In this document: positions 1-8,520 of the stretch, piece by piece
Layout of the letters: every line of letters begins with the position of its first letter
Position numbering within the stretch: position 1 is the first letter of the stretch
NCBI GenBank assembly: GCA_017958705.1
Contig: JAGDCE010000030.1
Location: forward strand, 1-43,050
DNA length: 43,050 nt
Direction of reading: 5' to 3'
Origin: Clostridia bacterium
Lineage (GTDB): Bacteria; Bacillota; Clostridia; Oscillospirales; CAG-272
Notes under the pieces: model-generated
The model's input: only the letters and a program-made list of their open reading frames with translations
Told to the model about the DNA's origin: nothing
The model's database searches: none
Made by a program: the position numbers and the translations under genes

Positions 1-1829
1 AAAAAGCGATAGTCATAATTTCAGTCATCGCTGTAATTGCGCTTTTTGCGTTTTTCCTTAAATCAATTCTAGTACCGTTCGTTAAATTCGAGATAAACAA
101 CGACGTCGAAGGCGCAAGGGAACTGCTGCGCTCGAAAGGCGTGCTCGGATTTTTAGCCGTCTCGCTCGTCGAGGCGCTGCAGATGGTCGTCGTGTTCATA
201 CCAGCCGAATTCATTCAGATCTCGAGCGGTCTCAGTTATCCGTTCCCGATAGCGCTGCTTCTGTGCGATCTCGGCGTATGCCTCGGCGCGACTATCATAT
301 TCATCCTCGTACGCACGTTCAAATACAGCACGCCGGCGTACGAGAAAAACAAAGTCAAGATAGACAAGCTGTCGACCCGAAAGGGCTCCGATAAAAGCGT
401 TATACTGTTTTTATATTTTCTGTTTTTCATGCCGCTGATACCGTTCGGCGCCATTTGCTATTACGGAAGCGGCACGAAGCTCAAATACGGAAAATACATC
501 CTGACCGTCGCTACGGGCGTCATCCCGTCTATCATCACGTCAAACCTCATGGGCGCGGCAGGGAAAGCCTTTATTAAGAATTCCATACCGATACCGCTTC
601 TGATACTGATAATCGTACTGCTCGCAGCGCTGTTGTTTTTCATTATTTATCTGTTCCTTGACAAGATATATTTCAAGGAAAACGAGGGAACGCCGGATTC
701 CGTGTTATACTCGGCTTTCTGTTCCGTCGTGCGTTTCCTGCGCCGCGGAAGACAGAAGCTGCAAGTCAACGCCGACCTTCTTTCGGAGGCGGAGGCGCCT
801 TATTTCATACTTGCAAATCACGAATCGTTCTACGATTTTTACTATATGATGGAGCTTGACCGCGATCTGCGCGCAACGCTCGTCGCAAACGAATACTATA
901 TAAAAAAGCCGGTCTTAAGGACTATCGCAAAAAAGATCGGCGTTATACCGAAAAAGCTCTTCACGCGCGATATCCACACCATCGGTGGGATCATGTCCAT
1001 GACAAAGAAAGGATATCCGGTTCTCGTATTCCCTGAAGGGCGCATGTCGCCCGACGGTCGTATAAATCCGATAGCGGAGAAGAGCGGCGGATTTTATAAG
1101 AAGCTGGGCAAGGATCTCGTGTTTGTTAAGATCACCGGCGCGTATCTTTCTAAGCCGAAATGGAGAAAGCGCTTTTACCGCTCAAATATAAACGTCTCGG
1201 TCGTCAGGGTGATAAAGAAGGACGAACTTCCGGATTACACCGAAGATGAGCTTAACACGCTGATATACGACACGCTCAGCTACGACGAGCCTTACGACGA
1301 GTCGAACGAAAACGTTTATAAGCAGAAGGGAAAAGCGGAGGGATTGCAAAACATACTTTACCGCTGCCCGGATTGCGGAGAGTTGTATACGACCTACGGA
1401 AGAAAATGCGAGTTCGGCTGCACCGCCTGCGGCAAAGTGCGCACGTTCAACGACAGATACGTATTTGACGACGGAGCGAAGATTTCAGATCTGTATTCAA
1501 AGATCGCCGCGCTTGAGCGCGAACAGGCTGATTCGACAGTGCTTAACACCGCCGTCAAAGTAAAGATATTCGGGAAAGACGGCAAAACAAGGAAACAGAC
1601 GGGCGTCTGCACGTTTGATAAAAACGAATTCAAATACGAATCCGAGCAGGAAAGCTTCAGCATAAAAACGGAAAATATCCCCGCGCTCGCGTTTTCCTGC
1701 AACGAGGAATTCGAGCTTTATCATAACGAGGAACTTCATTATTTCTACCCGGTCGAAAACAGACGGCAGACCGCCCGCTGGGGCTTGCTTGCCGACATTT
1801 ACGCGGAGGCGCGCGATGAAAAAAGATAA
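1..1829 (+). CDS. Fusion protein, 5' partial: TVP38/TMEM64 (DedA-superfamily, VTT domain) membrane module + PlsC-type acyltransferase + C-terminal CxxC..CxxC zinc-ribbon region
   Basis: The frame of the 141..1829 ORF stays open to the window edge (codons from nt 3 read KAIVIISVIAVIALFAFFLKSILVPF..., a TM helix), so the true start lies upstream. The N-terminal half has multi-TM VTT-like segments (FIPAEFIQISSGLSYPFP..., FMPLIPFGAICYYGSG). The middle has acyltransferase motifs ANHESFYDF (HxxxxD) and VFPEGRMSPDG (FPEG). The C-terminus has YRCPDCGE...CEFGCTACGK. Confidence 0.75.
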   Translation, partial: KAIVIISVIAVIALFAFFLKSILVPFVKFEINNDVEGARELLRSKGVLGFLAVSLVEALQMVVVFIPAEFIQISSGLSYPFPIALLLCDLGVCLGATIIFILVRTFKYSTPAYEKNKVKIDKLSTRKGSDKSVILFLYFLFFMPLIPFGAICYYGSGTKLKYGKYILTVATGVIPSIITSNLMGAAGKAFIKNSIPIPLLILIIVLLAALLFFIIYLFLDKIYFKENEGTPDSVLYSAFCSVVRFLRRGRQKLQVNADLLSEAEAPYFILANHESFYDFYYMMELDRDLRATLVANEYYIKKPVLRTIAKKIGVIPKKLFTRDIHTIGGIMSMTKKGYPVLVFPEGRMSPDGRINPIAEKSGGFYKKLGKDLVFVKITGAYLSKPKWRKRFYRSNINVSVVRVIKKDELPDYTEDELNTLIYDTLSYDEPYDESNENVYKQKGKAEGLQNILYRCPDCGELYTTYGRKCEFGCTACGKVRTFNDRYVFDDGAKISDLYSKIAALEREQADSTVLNTAVKVKIFGKDGKTRKQTGVCTFDKNEFKYESEQESFSIKTENIPALAFSCNEEFELYHNEELHYFYPVENRRQTARWGLLADIYAEARDEKR

Positions 1830-3243
1830 CGGCAAAGCACTGATCAACATTTCAAAAAAGACCTTTATTCAGGTGACGGCGCTGCTTCTGGCGCTCGTCG
1901 CACTGTCTGTCGTTCTGACGTACGTGATCCCCGGCGGACAGTTCGGCACGACGGAGAACGGGGAAGTCGACTATTCTCAGTACATCCGGCGCGACGACAT
2001 CAAGGGGATCAACGTGCTGAAAGGCGTTTTCTCGCCGGTCCTCGTGTTCTTCTCGTCAAACGGCCTGTCGCTTATAATGCTGTCGCTGTTTTTGCTGATC
2101 ATCTCGTCGTCCTTTCAGGTGATGAACGACGTTGGCGGCATCGAAGCGCTGATCGGCACCGTATCCGACAAGTTCAGGAACAGAAAAACACTGCTTACAA
2201 TCGTCGTATCGTTCTTCTTCATGTGCTTCGGCGCATTCCTCGGGCTGTTTGAGGAAATGCTTACGATGCTGCCGATAATGACGATGCTTTGCATAGCGAT
2301 AGGCTACGATTCTTTCACGGGATTCCTTATATCTATCGTCGCCTGCGGGTTCGGATTTGCCAGCGCGATAACAAATCCGTTCACGGTACTGCTCGCATCC
2401 GAGATAATAGACGTTAACCCGATGGAGCACGTTTACTACAGATTCATCGTGTTTTTCGTGATGTACGCGCTGCTGATCGGTTTTATCCTTCTGTATACGC
2501 GCAAAATAACAAAAGACCCGTTAAAGAGTCTTACATATGAGCACGACGAGCGTATCAAAGCCGCCAAAAACGAAACGGAAACCGAGCAGAGAACTGACAA
2601 AAAGAGAATTGCGACAGTCTATTCCGTATTTCTGCTCGCGGCGCTTGCGTTGATCATAATCTGCTCGTCGCTGTCCGCACTGAGAGATTATACGGTCCCG
2701 ATCCTCATCGCGTATTTCCTTATATTTGGTATATTAGCCGGCATAATCTGCGGAAACAAGCCAAAATTCGTTTTTAAAAGCTTCCTCAAGGGTCTTGTCG
2801 GGGCGCTGCCGACGCTCGCATTCATAGCGCTTGCCGCAGCCGTCAAATACGTATTCGACGAAGGCGCGATAATGCCGACGATCGTATGGCAGATTAACAA
2901 TCTGACGGCAGGAAAGAACATATTCGTCATGGCGCTCGTCATATATCTCATAATCCTTTTGCTCGAATTCTTTATCTCCTCGTCCACGGCAAAGGCGATC
3001 CTCGTCATGGGCATACTCGCCGCGACGTCCGTAGGGCTGAGCAAATCTATGCTCGTGCTTATATACACGTTTGCGGACGGTTATACGAACGTGATCTTTC
3101 CGACGTCACCGGTCCTTCTGATATCTCTTTCGATGATCGAGGTTGATTATTTCAAGTGGGTAAAAAAGAGTCTGCCGCTGTTTGCGGTAAACGTGATCGT
3201 CGTTCTGGCACTGATCGCGCTCGGTATCATAATCGGATACTGA
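1816..3243 (+). CDS. YfcC-family integral membrane transporter (putative anion/amino-acid permease)
   Basis: Recalled similarity to E. coli YfcC, e.g. GYDSFTGFLISIVACGFGFASAITNPFTV and FADGYTNVIFPTSPVLL. Many TM segments. Preferred start is ATG 1816 (MKKDNGK...), overlapping the upstream stop by 14 nt. TGA stop at 3241-3243. Confidence 0.85.
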   Translation: MKKDNGKALINISKKTFIQVTALLLALVALSVVLTYVIPGGQFGTTENGEVDYSQYIRRDDIKGINVLKGVFSPVLVFFSSNGLSLIMLSLFLLIISSSFQVMNDVGGIEALIGTVSDKFRNRKTLLTIVVSFFFMCFGAFLGLFEEMLTMLPIMTMLCIAIGYDSFTGFLISIVACGFGFASAITNPFTVLLASEIIDVNPMEHVYYRFIVFFVMYALLIGFILLYTRKITKDPLKSLTYEHDERIKAAKNETETEQRTDKKRIATVYSVFLLAALALIIICSSLSALRDYTVPILIAYFLIFGILAGIICGNKPKFVFKSFLKGLVGALPTLAFIALAAAVKYVFDEGAIMPTIVWQINNLTAGKNIFVMALVIYLIILLLEFFISSSTAKAILVMGILAATSVGLSKSMLVLIYTFADGYTNVIFPTSPVLLISLSMIEVDYFKWVKKSLPLFAVNVIVVLALIALGIIIGY

Positions 3244-3306
3244 AATCAGGAAAACATCCGTCATGTTTTTTCAGGCGGATGGTCCGGCGGGGAATTATTT
3301 ACGTTT

Positions 3307-3333
3307 TTGTACAAAATACAAATTTTGTATAAT
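3307..3333 (+). promoter_or_regulatory. Candidate sigma-A-like promoter (TTGTAC-15 nt-TATAAT) in an intergenic island
   Basis: TTGTAC at 3307-3312 and TATAAT at 3328-3333. The 15 nt spacer is suboptimal. No ORF follows; an intrinsic terminator lies about 70 nt downstream. Confidence 0.25.
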
Positions 3334-3402
3334 TTTATACCCCTTTTTTACCGAAAACACGCGTTTTGCGCCTTTTGTGCCTGAAATCGCTCCTATTACG
3401 CA

Positions 3403-3436
3403 ACACGGCTATTTACAGCCGTGTTTTTTATTTTTT
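3403..3436 (+). terminator. Rho-independent terminator (+ strand)
   Basis: Perfect 8 bp stem ACACGGCT (3403-3410) / AGCCGTGT (3417-3424), 6 nt loop, then TTTTTTATTTTTT (3425-3436). It lies about 160 nt after the yfcC-like stop, so it could end that mRNA or a small independent transcript. Confidence 0.6.
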
Positions 3437-3461
3437 CCTGTGATTCCGATCGTCTGTCAGT

Positions 3462-3800
3462 TTGCAAAATTTCTTTTGCAGTATCTTTTACAGTCTCGCA
3501 TTTTTCTGCAAGTTGTTTTTCCGTCAGCTTGTAGGATTTTGTCAAACGTATCTTATATCGTCCCGCTTGTTTCTGCAGGCTGTTTTTCTGTTCTTATAAC
3601 TTGCAGAAATTCCTTCGACATATCGTACGTCATTTCTGATAATTCTGCAGTCTGTTTTTTCTGTTCTCGCAGCCTGTAGAATTTCCTCCGACGTATCATA
3701 CGTCGTTTCTTATAATTCTACAGGTTATTTTTTTCTCCTGTCAGCCGGCAGAACTTTACGCGACGTATCTTTCATCGTTCCGCTGTCTCACACAGGCTGA
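3462..3800. repeat. Degenerate tandem repeat array, period about 67-73 bp, at least 4 units
   Basis: Units start at 3506 (67 bp), 3573 (72 bp), 3645 (73 bp) and 3718 (about 72 bp), with partial units on both sides. Shared blocks are CTGCAGnCTGTTTTT, cYTGyAGAAwTT, CGACrTATCrTACGTC and TTCTkATAATT. Units 3573 and 3645 look about 75-80% identical by eye. Unit lengths do not preserve a reading frame. Confidence 0.7.
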
Positions 3801-3930
3801 TATGTTCACGCCGGGTCATGTTTTTGCCGTGATCCGGGTGTCTGTCGATCCGTGCTGTGCCGGTACACTTTTTTATATTTCCTTATGACCATACGCCGCC
3901 GGCGTCTTTTGTCCGCCGTTAGCTTATAAG

Positions 3931-3959
3931 CAAAAACCGCGCGTTCTGTCGCCGCGCGG
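3931..3959 (-). terminator. Rho-independent terminator for polC (possibly bidirectional)
   Basis: Stem CCGCGCG (3937-3943) / CGCGCGG (3953-3959). On the minus strand the hairpin is followed by TTTTTG (complement of 3931-3936). It lies about 90 nt downstream of the polC stop. Confidence 0.65.
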
Positions 3960-4050
3960 CTTTAAACTGATATTCTGTTGCGAAATTCACTAATTATTCA
4001 TAATATTCACATAATATTCATTTTAGCGGTATTTTACGCGTTTTGTATAA

Positions 4051-7000
4051 TTAATTGTCGTCTTCATCGTCGTTGAAGCCTGAGATCATGCTGAACATCG
4101 TTATCTGATTCGTCTCGTCAAGCCCTTTGAGCACGCCGTCGCTCCGTAAAAGCTCAATAACGCTGTTTGAGAGCTTCGCGTACTGTTTGAGGTCCTGCAC
4201 TGAATTGATCTGGTGCGTCCGGCAGGCGTTCGCAATGTTTTCTGCGGCGCTTTCGCCGAGTCCCGGCAGGCTTGCGTACGGTATCCTGATCTTGCCGGAC
4301 TCCGGCAGAAACAGCTTTGCGTCCGATTTATTGAGCGCCACCGGCAGGAATTTTATACCGCGGCACATCGCCTCGAGTATCAGCTGACACGCCGAATAGA
4401 TCGCGTCGTCGCGCTGCGTCCGAGCATTGTTGTGGTTATATGCGATCATCCATTCTTTGACGGCGCTCTTCCCTTTCGCGACGAGCGACGCATCGAATCC
4501 GTCCGGCGCCGCCGAGAAATAAGCGGCGTAGAATTCAAGCGGATTATAGATCTTATGATATCCGAGCCTTATCGCCGAGATAACGTACGCCGCGGCGTGC
4601 GCCTTCGGGAACATGTATTTGATCTTAAGACAGGATTGTATATACCATTCCGGCACGTTATGCTCGCGCATCGCCCGGAAATGCTCTTCATTGAGCACCT
4701 TCGGCGGTTTGTTGCCTTTACGAACGATCTCCATGATCTTGAACGCCATATCGGGCTCAAGACCCTTGTGCATCAGATACACCATTATACTGTCGCGTGT
4801 TCCGATGACGCCGGAAATGTCGCAGATGCCTTCCTTTATAAGCGACTGCGCGTTGCCGAGCCACACGCCCTGCCCGTGCGAAAGTCCCGAGATCTGAAGC
4901 ATATCCGCGAAATTCTTCGGTTGAGCGTCCTCAAGCATCTGACGCACGAACTTCGTGCCGAGCTCCGGAAGACCGAACGTACCGCTCGACAGCGGCTTTT
5001 CGGAGCCGGTCTCGTCTATATCCTGCGGCATTATGCCGAGCGGTTCGGTCGACGTGAACAGCTTATATACCTGAGGATCTGTAAGCGGCGTATCGAGTAT
5101 GTTCGTGCCGGTATACTTTTCGATCATCTTGTATTTCGTCGGAACATCGTGCCCGAGTATGTCGAGCTTCAATATGGTGTCGTGCAGATATTCAAACGCG
5201 AAGTGGGTCGTTATAATATCGGATTTCGGATCGTCCGCGGGGTGCTGGATCGGCGTAAAATCGTATACTTCGTATTCTCTCGGTACGACTATGATTCCGC
5301 CGGGATGCTGACCGGTCGTCCGTTTACAGCCCGCGATCATATAAACGAGATGCTGGATCTCAGCACTTCGCAGATTAAGCCCCGTATCCTCGATGAATTT
5401 GCAGACGTGGAACGTGTGCGCCGACTTCGGCTGTATGCCGCCTATCGTGCCCGCGCGGAAAACGTTTTCAGCGCCGAACAGGACTTCGGTGTATTTATGC
5501 GCGTCGCCCTGGACGTCGCCTGAGAAGTTCAGGTCGATATCCGGCGATTTGTTTCCTTTGAATCCGAGAAACGTCTCAAACGGTATATCGTGACCGTCGC
5601 GCACCATAAGCGTGCCGCATATCGGGCAGTTCTTTTCCGGCAGATCGAAACCGGAGCCGATCGAGCCGTCTGTTATGAATTCCGAATGCTTGCATTCAGG
5701 GCATCTGTAATGCGGAGGCAGCGGATTTACCTCGGTTATATTCGCCATCGTAGCGACGAACGACGAGCCGACGGATCCCCGGGAGCCGACCTGATATCCC
5801 TTTGAAACGCTGTTTTCGACGAGCTTTTTCGCTATAACGTATAAGACTCCGAAGCCTTCCTTTATTATCGGGTTCAGTTCCCTTTCCAGTCTGTCTTTGA
5901 CGATCGCCGGCGGATCGTCTCCGTACAGTCGGTGCATGTTCTTATAACAGATGTCTTTTAGTTCATCGTCCGCGCCTTCGATGCTCGGCTGATATTTACC
6001 CTCCGGGATCGGTCTGACTTGTTCGATCATGTCAGCGACGGCGTTCGGGTTCCTTATGACGACGTCGTATCTGTCATCGTCATCAAGATACGAGAACTCT
6101 TCGAGCATCTCTTCGGTGGTATAGAAATGCACCGCCGTGTCGTCATCGTCGATCTTGACCTTTTTGCCCAGATAAAGCAGGTGTTTGCCGATCTCGTCGC
6201 TCTTGTCGAGCACGTTGCAGCCGGTCGTGGCGCATACGGGCTTGTTGTTCTTTTTTCCGAGCTCTACGATCCTTTTGTTAATATTCCTGATCTGTTCCTC
6301 GTCCGCGACGGTAGCGCGCTTTACAAGATCGGCGCTGCATTCTACCGGCTGTATCTCGAGAAAATCGTAATACTCTATCAGATCGTTAAGTTCGTCGTCG
6401 GATTTGCCGTCGAGAATCGCCTGGAACAGCTCGCCCTTGTAGTTGCCGGTACCGACGATCAGACCGTCGCGCATTTCGCTCAACACGGATTTCGGTATCT
6501 GCGGGTTTCTGTAGAAAAATTCAAGGTTCGATCTTGAGATCAGCTTGTAAAGATTTTTAAGTCCGGCTCTGTTTTTCACAAGCAGGACGATCCTGCGGTT
6601 CTTCTGACGCAGAAAATCGGTGCCGCCCGCCATCGCCGCGTTCAGGTCGTCTATCGATTCAATTCCGTCGTTTCTGAGCTTGTCGCACATCTTGAAAAAG
6701 ATCATCGCGAGCATTTCCGCGTCGGCGTACGCTCTGTGGTGTTCAAAATCGCCAAGGCCGTAATGCGCCGCGACGACGTCGAGCTTGTGGCGTTTCAGCT
6801 CGGGATTCAGATACCGCGAAAGCGGCACGGTATCGATGAAATTCGGATCGAACGGTATATTGTGACGTTTTGCCGCCGCCGAAATAAAGTTCGTGTCAAA
6901 CGGCGCGTTGTGCGCAATGAGCGTGCGGTCGCCTATGAATTCTATGAATTTTCTGACCGCTTCCTCTTCCTTCGGCGCGCCCTCAACCATATCCTGTGAT

Positions 7001-8520
7001 ATTCCGGTGAGCTTCGTTATTTCAGCGGGGATTTCGACCTCGGGATCGACGAAAGTCTCGAATATCTCTTTGATCTCGCCGCCCTGCACTCGCGCGGCGC
7101 CGATCTCTATGATCCTGTTGGACAGCGCGGAAAGACCCGTGGTCTCGGTATCGAACACGATGAATTCACTGTCGAGCGTGCCCAGATTATCACCGTACGC
7201 CGCTTTATGCGTATCGTCGACGAAATATCCGTCGATACCGTATATGACCTTTATATTCTTTCCTTCTTTTGCAAGCGATTCCTGCGCGATCATCGCCTTC
7301 GGATAGCCCTGCGCGTTTCCGCTGTCCGTTATCGCAACGGCTTTATGCCCCCACGACGCGGCGACTTTTACCGCTGTGTCCGGCGGGATCGTAGCTTCGA
7401 GCTGTGACATCTGCGTATGCAGATGAAGCTCGACGCGCTTCTCTGTCGCGTTGTCTTTGCGGTATAAGCGTTTGATCTTTGAAACGGACGTCGGGACAAG
7501 CTGATAATCGCGTTCGTACGTGTCTATCTTAACACTGCCTTTGACGGCAACGGAGGTGCCGTCCTTTATCTCGAACGATTCCGCCTCTTCCGCGGGTACA
7601 ACGGCTCTGACTTTGATGGTAGAGTCTCCATCGGTCACGTAAAAGCTTACGGAGCACTTCTCTTTTCCGCGCAGCTCTTTCATTTCGTAGCCGAAAGTTT
7701 CGCCGACAACGCAGATCTTCGATATCTGACCGTTAATCGTGCGGATCGGCACGGGATCTATATCGAAATCCTCGCCGTAGATCTTCTTCGGCGATGAAAT
7801 ATCGAAATAATGGCAGCCTACCGCGATATATTCGGGATCAGACAGATCGTCCCACGGGTCGTCCTCGTTCAAAGAGCTGAGCTTGCCGCGCAGTTCCTTC
7901 TGTACCTGCTCTCTGTCCGGGCGGTCCTGTTCCGCCGCTCTCTGCTCGTGCTCGCGCAGCTGCTGGAGCGCACGCTCCGCGTATTCTTTTTCCGCGGCCG
8001 CCTGCATCTGAAGCAGCGAATCTATGTTGCTGTATTCGTCCTCGACGCGCCGCAGCTCTACGTTCCGCTTGATCCCGAATTCATCGTTTATGACCGAGCT
8101 TATCGCCGCGGCGGAATTCGTGTTCTCGATCAGCGACATCCCGGCCTCAGTCATCGAGATATTCAGTATGATCGTGTCGCCGTCGTATTCTACCGTGTAT
8201 CTCGGGATCATTCCGCGGGTCATCCCCTTTTTATAACTCGCCTCCGTAAAGATCTCGTTGAAATACTCGTCGTTTAACAAAGCGGGATCGTATTTCGGCG
8301 ATATGCGGATAGACTCCATTTTATAAAACACACGCAGATTTTCTTCGAGCTTGTACAGATCCGCTTTCTGACGCAGACGGGAAAAACGCGTCTCGGCAAT
8401 GAAACGCTTTTTATCCTCGCTTATAACACTGTGTACGACTTCTCCGTCGTTCATTATCTTTTCCTCGCGAGGCGAGGCGGGAGTGTATTTTTTGAAAATT
8501 TCAGAAAGCTTTTTTCCCAT
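4051..8520 (-). CDS. polC: DNA polymerase III PolC-type (Gram-positive replicative polymerase with built-in 3'-5' exonuclease)
   Basis: 1489 aa. PHP motif HLHTQMS, exonuclease motif FDTETTGLS, zinc-finger HYRCPECKH...CPICG, conserved polymerase core. The ATG overlaps the ispG TAA (TAATG). Confidence 0.97.
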   Translation of the reverse strand: MGKKLSEIFKKYTPASPREEKIMNDGEVVHSVISEDKKRFIAETRFSRLRQKADLYKLEENLRVFYKMESIRISPKYDPALLNDEYFNEIFTEASYKKGMTRGMIPRYTVEYDGDTIILNISMTEAGMSLIENTNSAAAISSVINDEFGIKRNVELRRVEDEYSNIDSLLQMQAAAEKEYAERALQQLREHEQRAAEQDRPDREQVQKELRGKLSSLNEDDPWDDLSDPEYIAVGCHYFDISSPKKIYGEDFDIDPVPIRTINGQISKICVVGETFGYEMKELRGKEKCSVSFYVTDGDSTIKVRAVVPAEEAESFEIKDGTSVAVKGSVKIDTYERDYQLVPTSVSKIKRLYRKDNATEKRVELHLHTQMSQLEATIPPDTAVKVAASWGHKAVAITDSGNAQGYPKAMIAQESLAKEGKNIKVIYGIDGYFVDDTHKAAYGDNLGTLDSEFIVFDTETTGLSALSNRIIEIGAARVQGGEIKEIFETFVDPEVEIPAEITKLTGISQDMVEGAPKEEEAVRKFIEFIGDRTLIAHNAPFDTNFISAAAKRHNIPFDPNFIDTVPLSRYLNPELKRHKLDVVAAHYGLGDFEHHRAYADAEMLAMIFFKMCDKLRNDGIESIDDLNAAMAGGTDFLRQKNRRIVLLVKNRAGLKNLYKLISRSNLEFFYRNPQIPKSVLSEMRDGLIVGTGNYKGELFQAILDGKSDDELNDLIEYYDFLEIQPVECSADLVKRATVADEEQIRNINKRIVELGKKNNKPVCATTGCNVLDKSDEIGKHLLYLGKKVKIDDDDTAVHFYTTEEMLEEFSYLDDDDRYDVVIRNPNAVADMIEQVRPIPEGKYQPSIEGADDELKDICYKNMHRLYGDDPPAIVKDRLERELNPIIKEGFGVLYVIAKKLVENSVSKGYQVGSRGSVGSSFVATMANITEVNPLPPHYRCPECKHSEFITDGSIGSGFDLPEKNCPICGTLMVRDGHDIPFETFLGFKGNKSPDIDLNFSGDVQGDAHKYTEVLFGAENVFRAGTIGGIQPKSAHTFHVCKFIEDTGLNLRSAEIQHLVYMIAGCKRTTGQHPGGIIVVPREYEVYDFTPIQHPADDPKSDIITTHFAFEYLHDTILKLDILGHDVPTKYKMIEKYTGTNILDTPLTDPQVYKLFTSTEPLGIMPQDIDETGSEKPLSSGTFGLPELGTKFVRQMLEDAQPKNFADMLQISGLSHGQGVWLGNAQSLIKEGICDISGVIGTRDSIMVYLMHKGLEPDMAFKIMEIVRKGNKPPKVLNEEHFRAMREHNVPEWYIQSCLKIKYMFPKAHAAAYVISAIRLGYHKIYNPLEFYAAYFSAAPDGFDASLVAKGKSAVKEWMIAYNHNNARTQRDDAIYSACQLILEAMCRGIKFLPVALNKSDAKLFLPESGKIRIPYASLPGLGESAAENIANACRTHQINSVQDLKQYAKLSNSVIELLRSDGVLKGLDETNQITMFSMISGFNDDEDDN

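Noticed and set aside
3263-3679. 138 aa + strand ORF in the yfcC-polC intergenic island
   Set aside because: Phe/Cys/Ser-rich translation of a T-rich repeat region, with no SD. It runs straight through an intrinsic terminator and across tandem repeats whose lengths break the frame.
3462-3800. CRISPR array
   Set aside because: The units are contiguous degenerate copies of one ~70 bp sequence, with no alternating unique spacers. No cas genes lie nearby.
4213-5523. 436 aa + strand ORF (and other long + strand ORFs at 15170-16540, 28096-29145, 31381-32412, 37027-37971)
   Set aside because: All lie antisense to strongly recognisable genes (polC, tsf/rpsB, PBP1A, dnaE, spoIVA). They are Arg/Val/Asp-rich with low-complexity composition and no motifs. 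These are typical shadow ORFs of GC-rich coding DNA.
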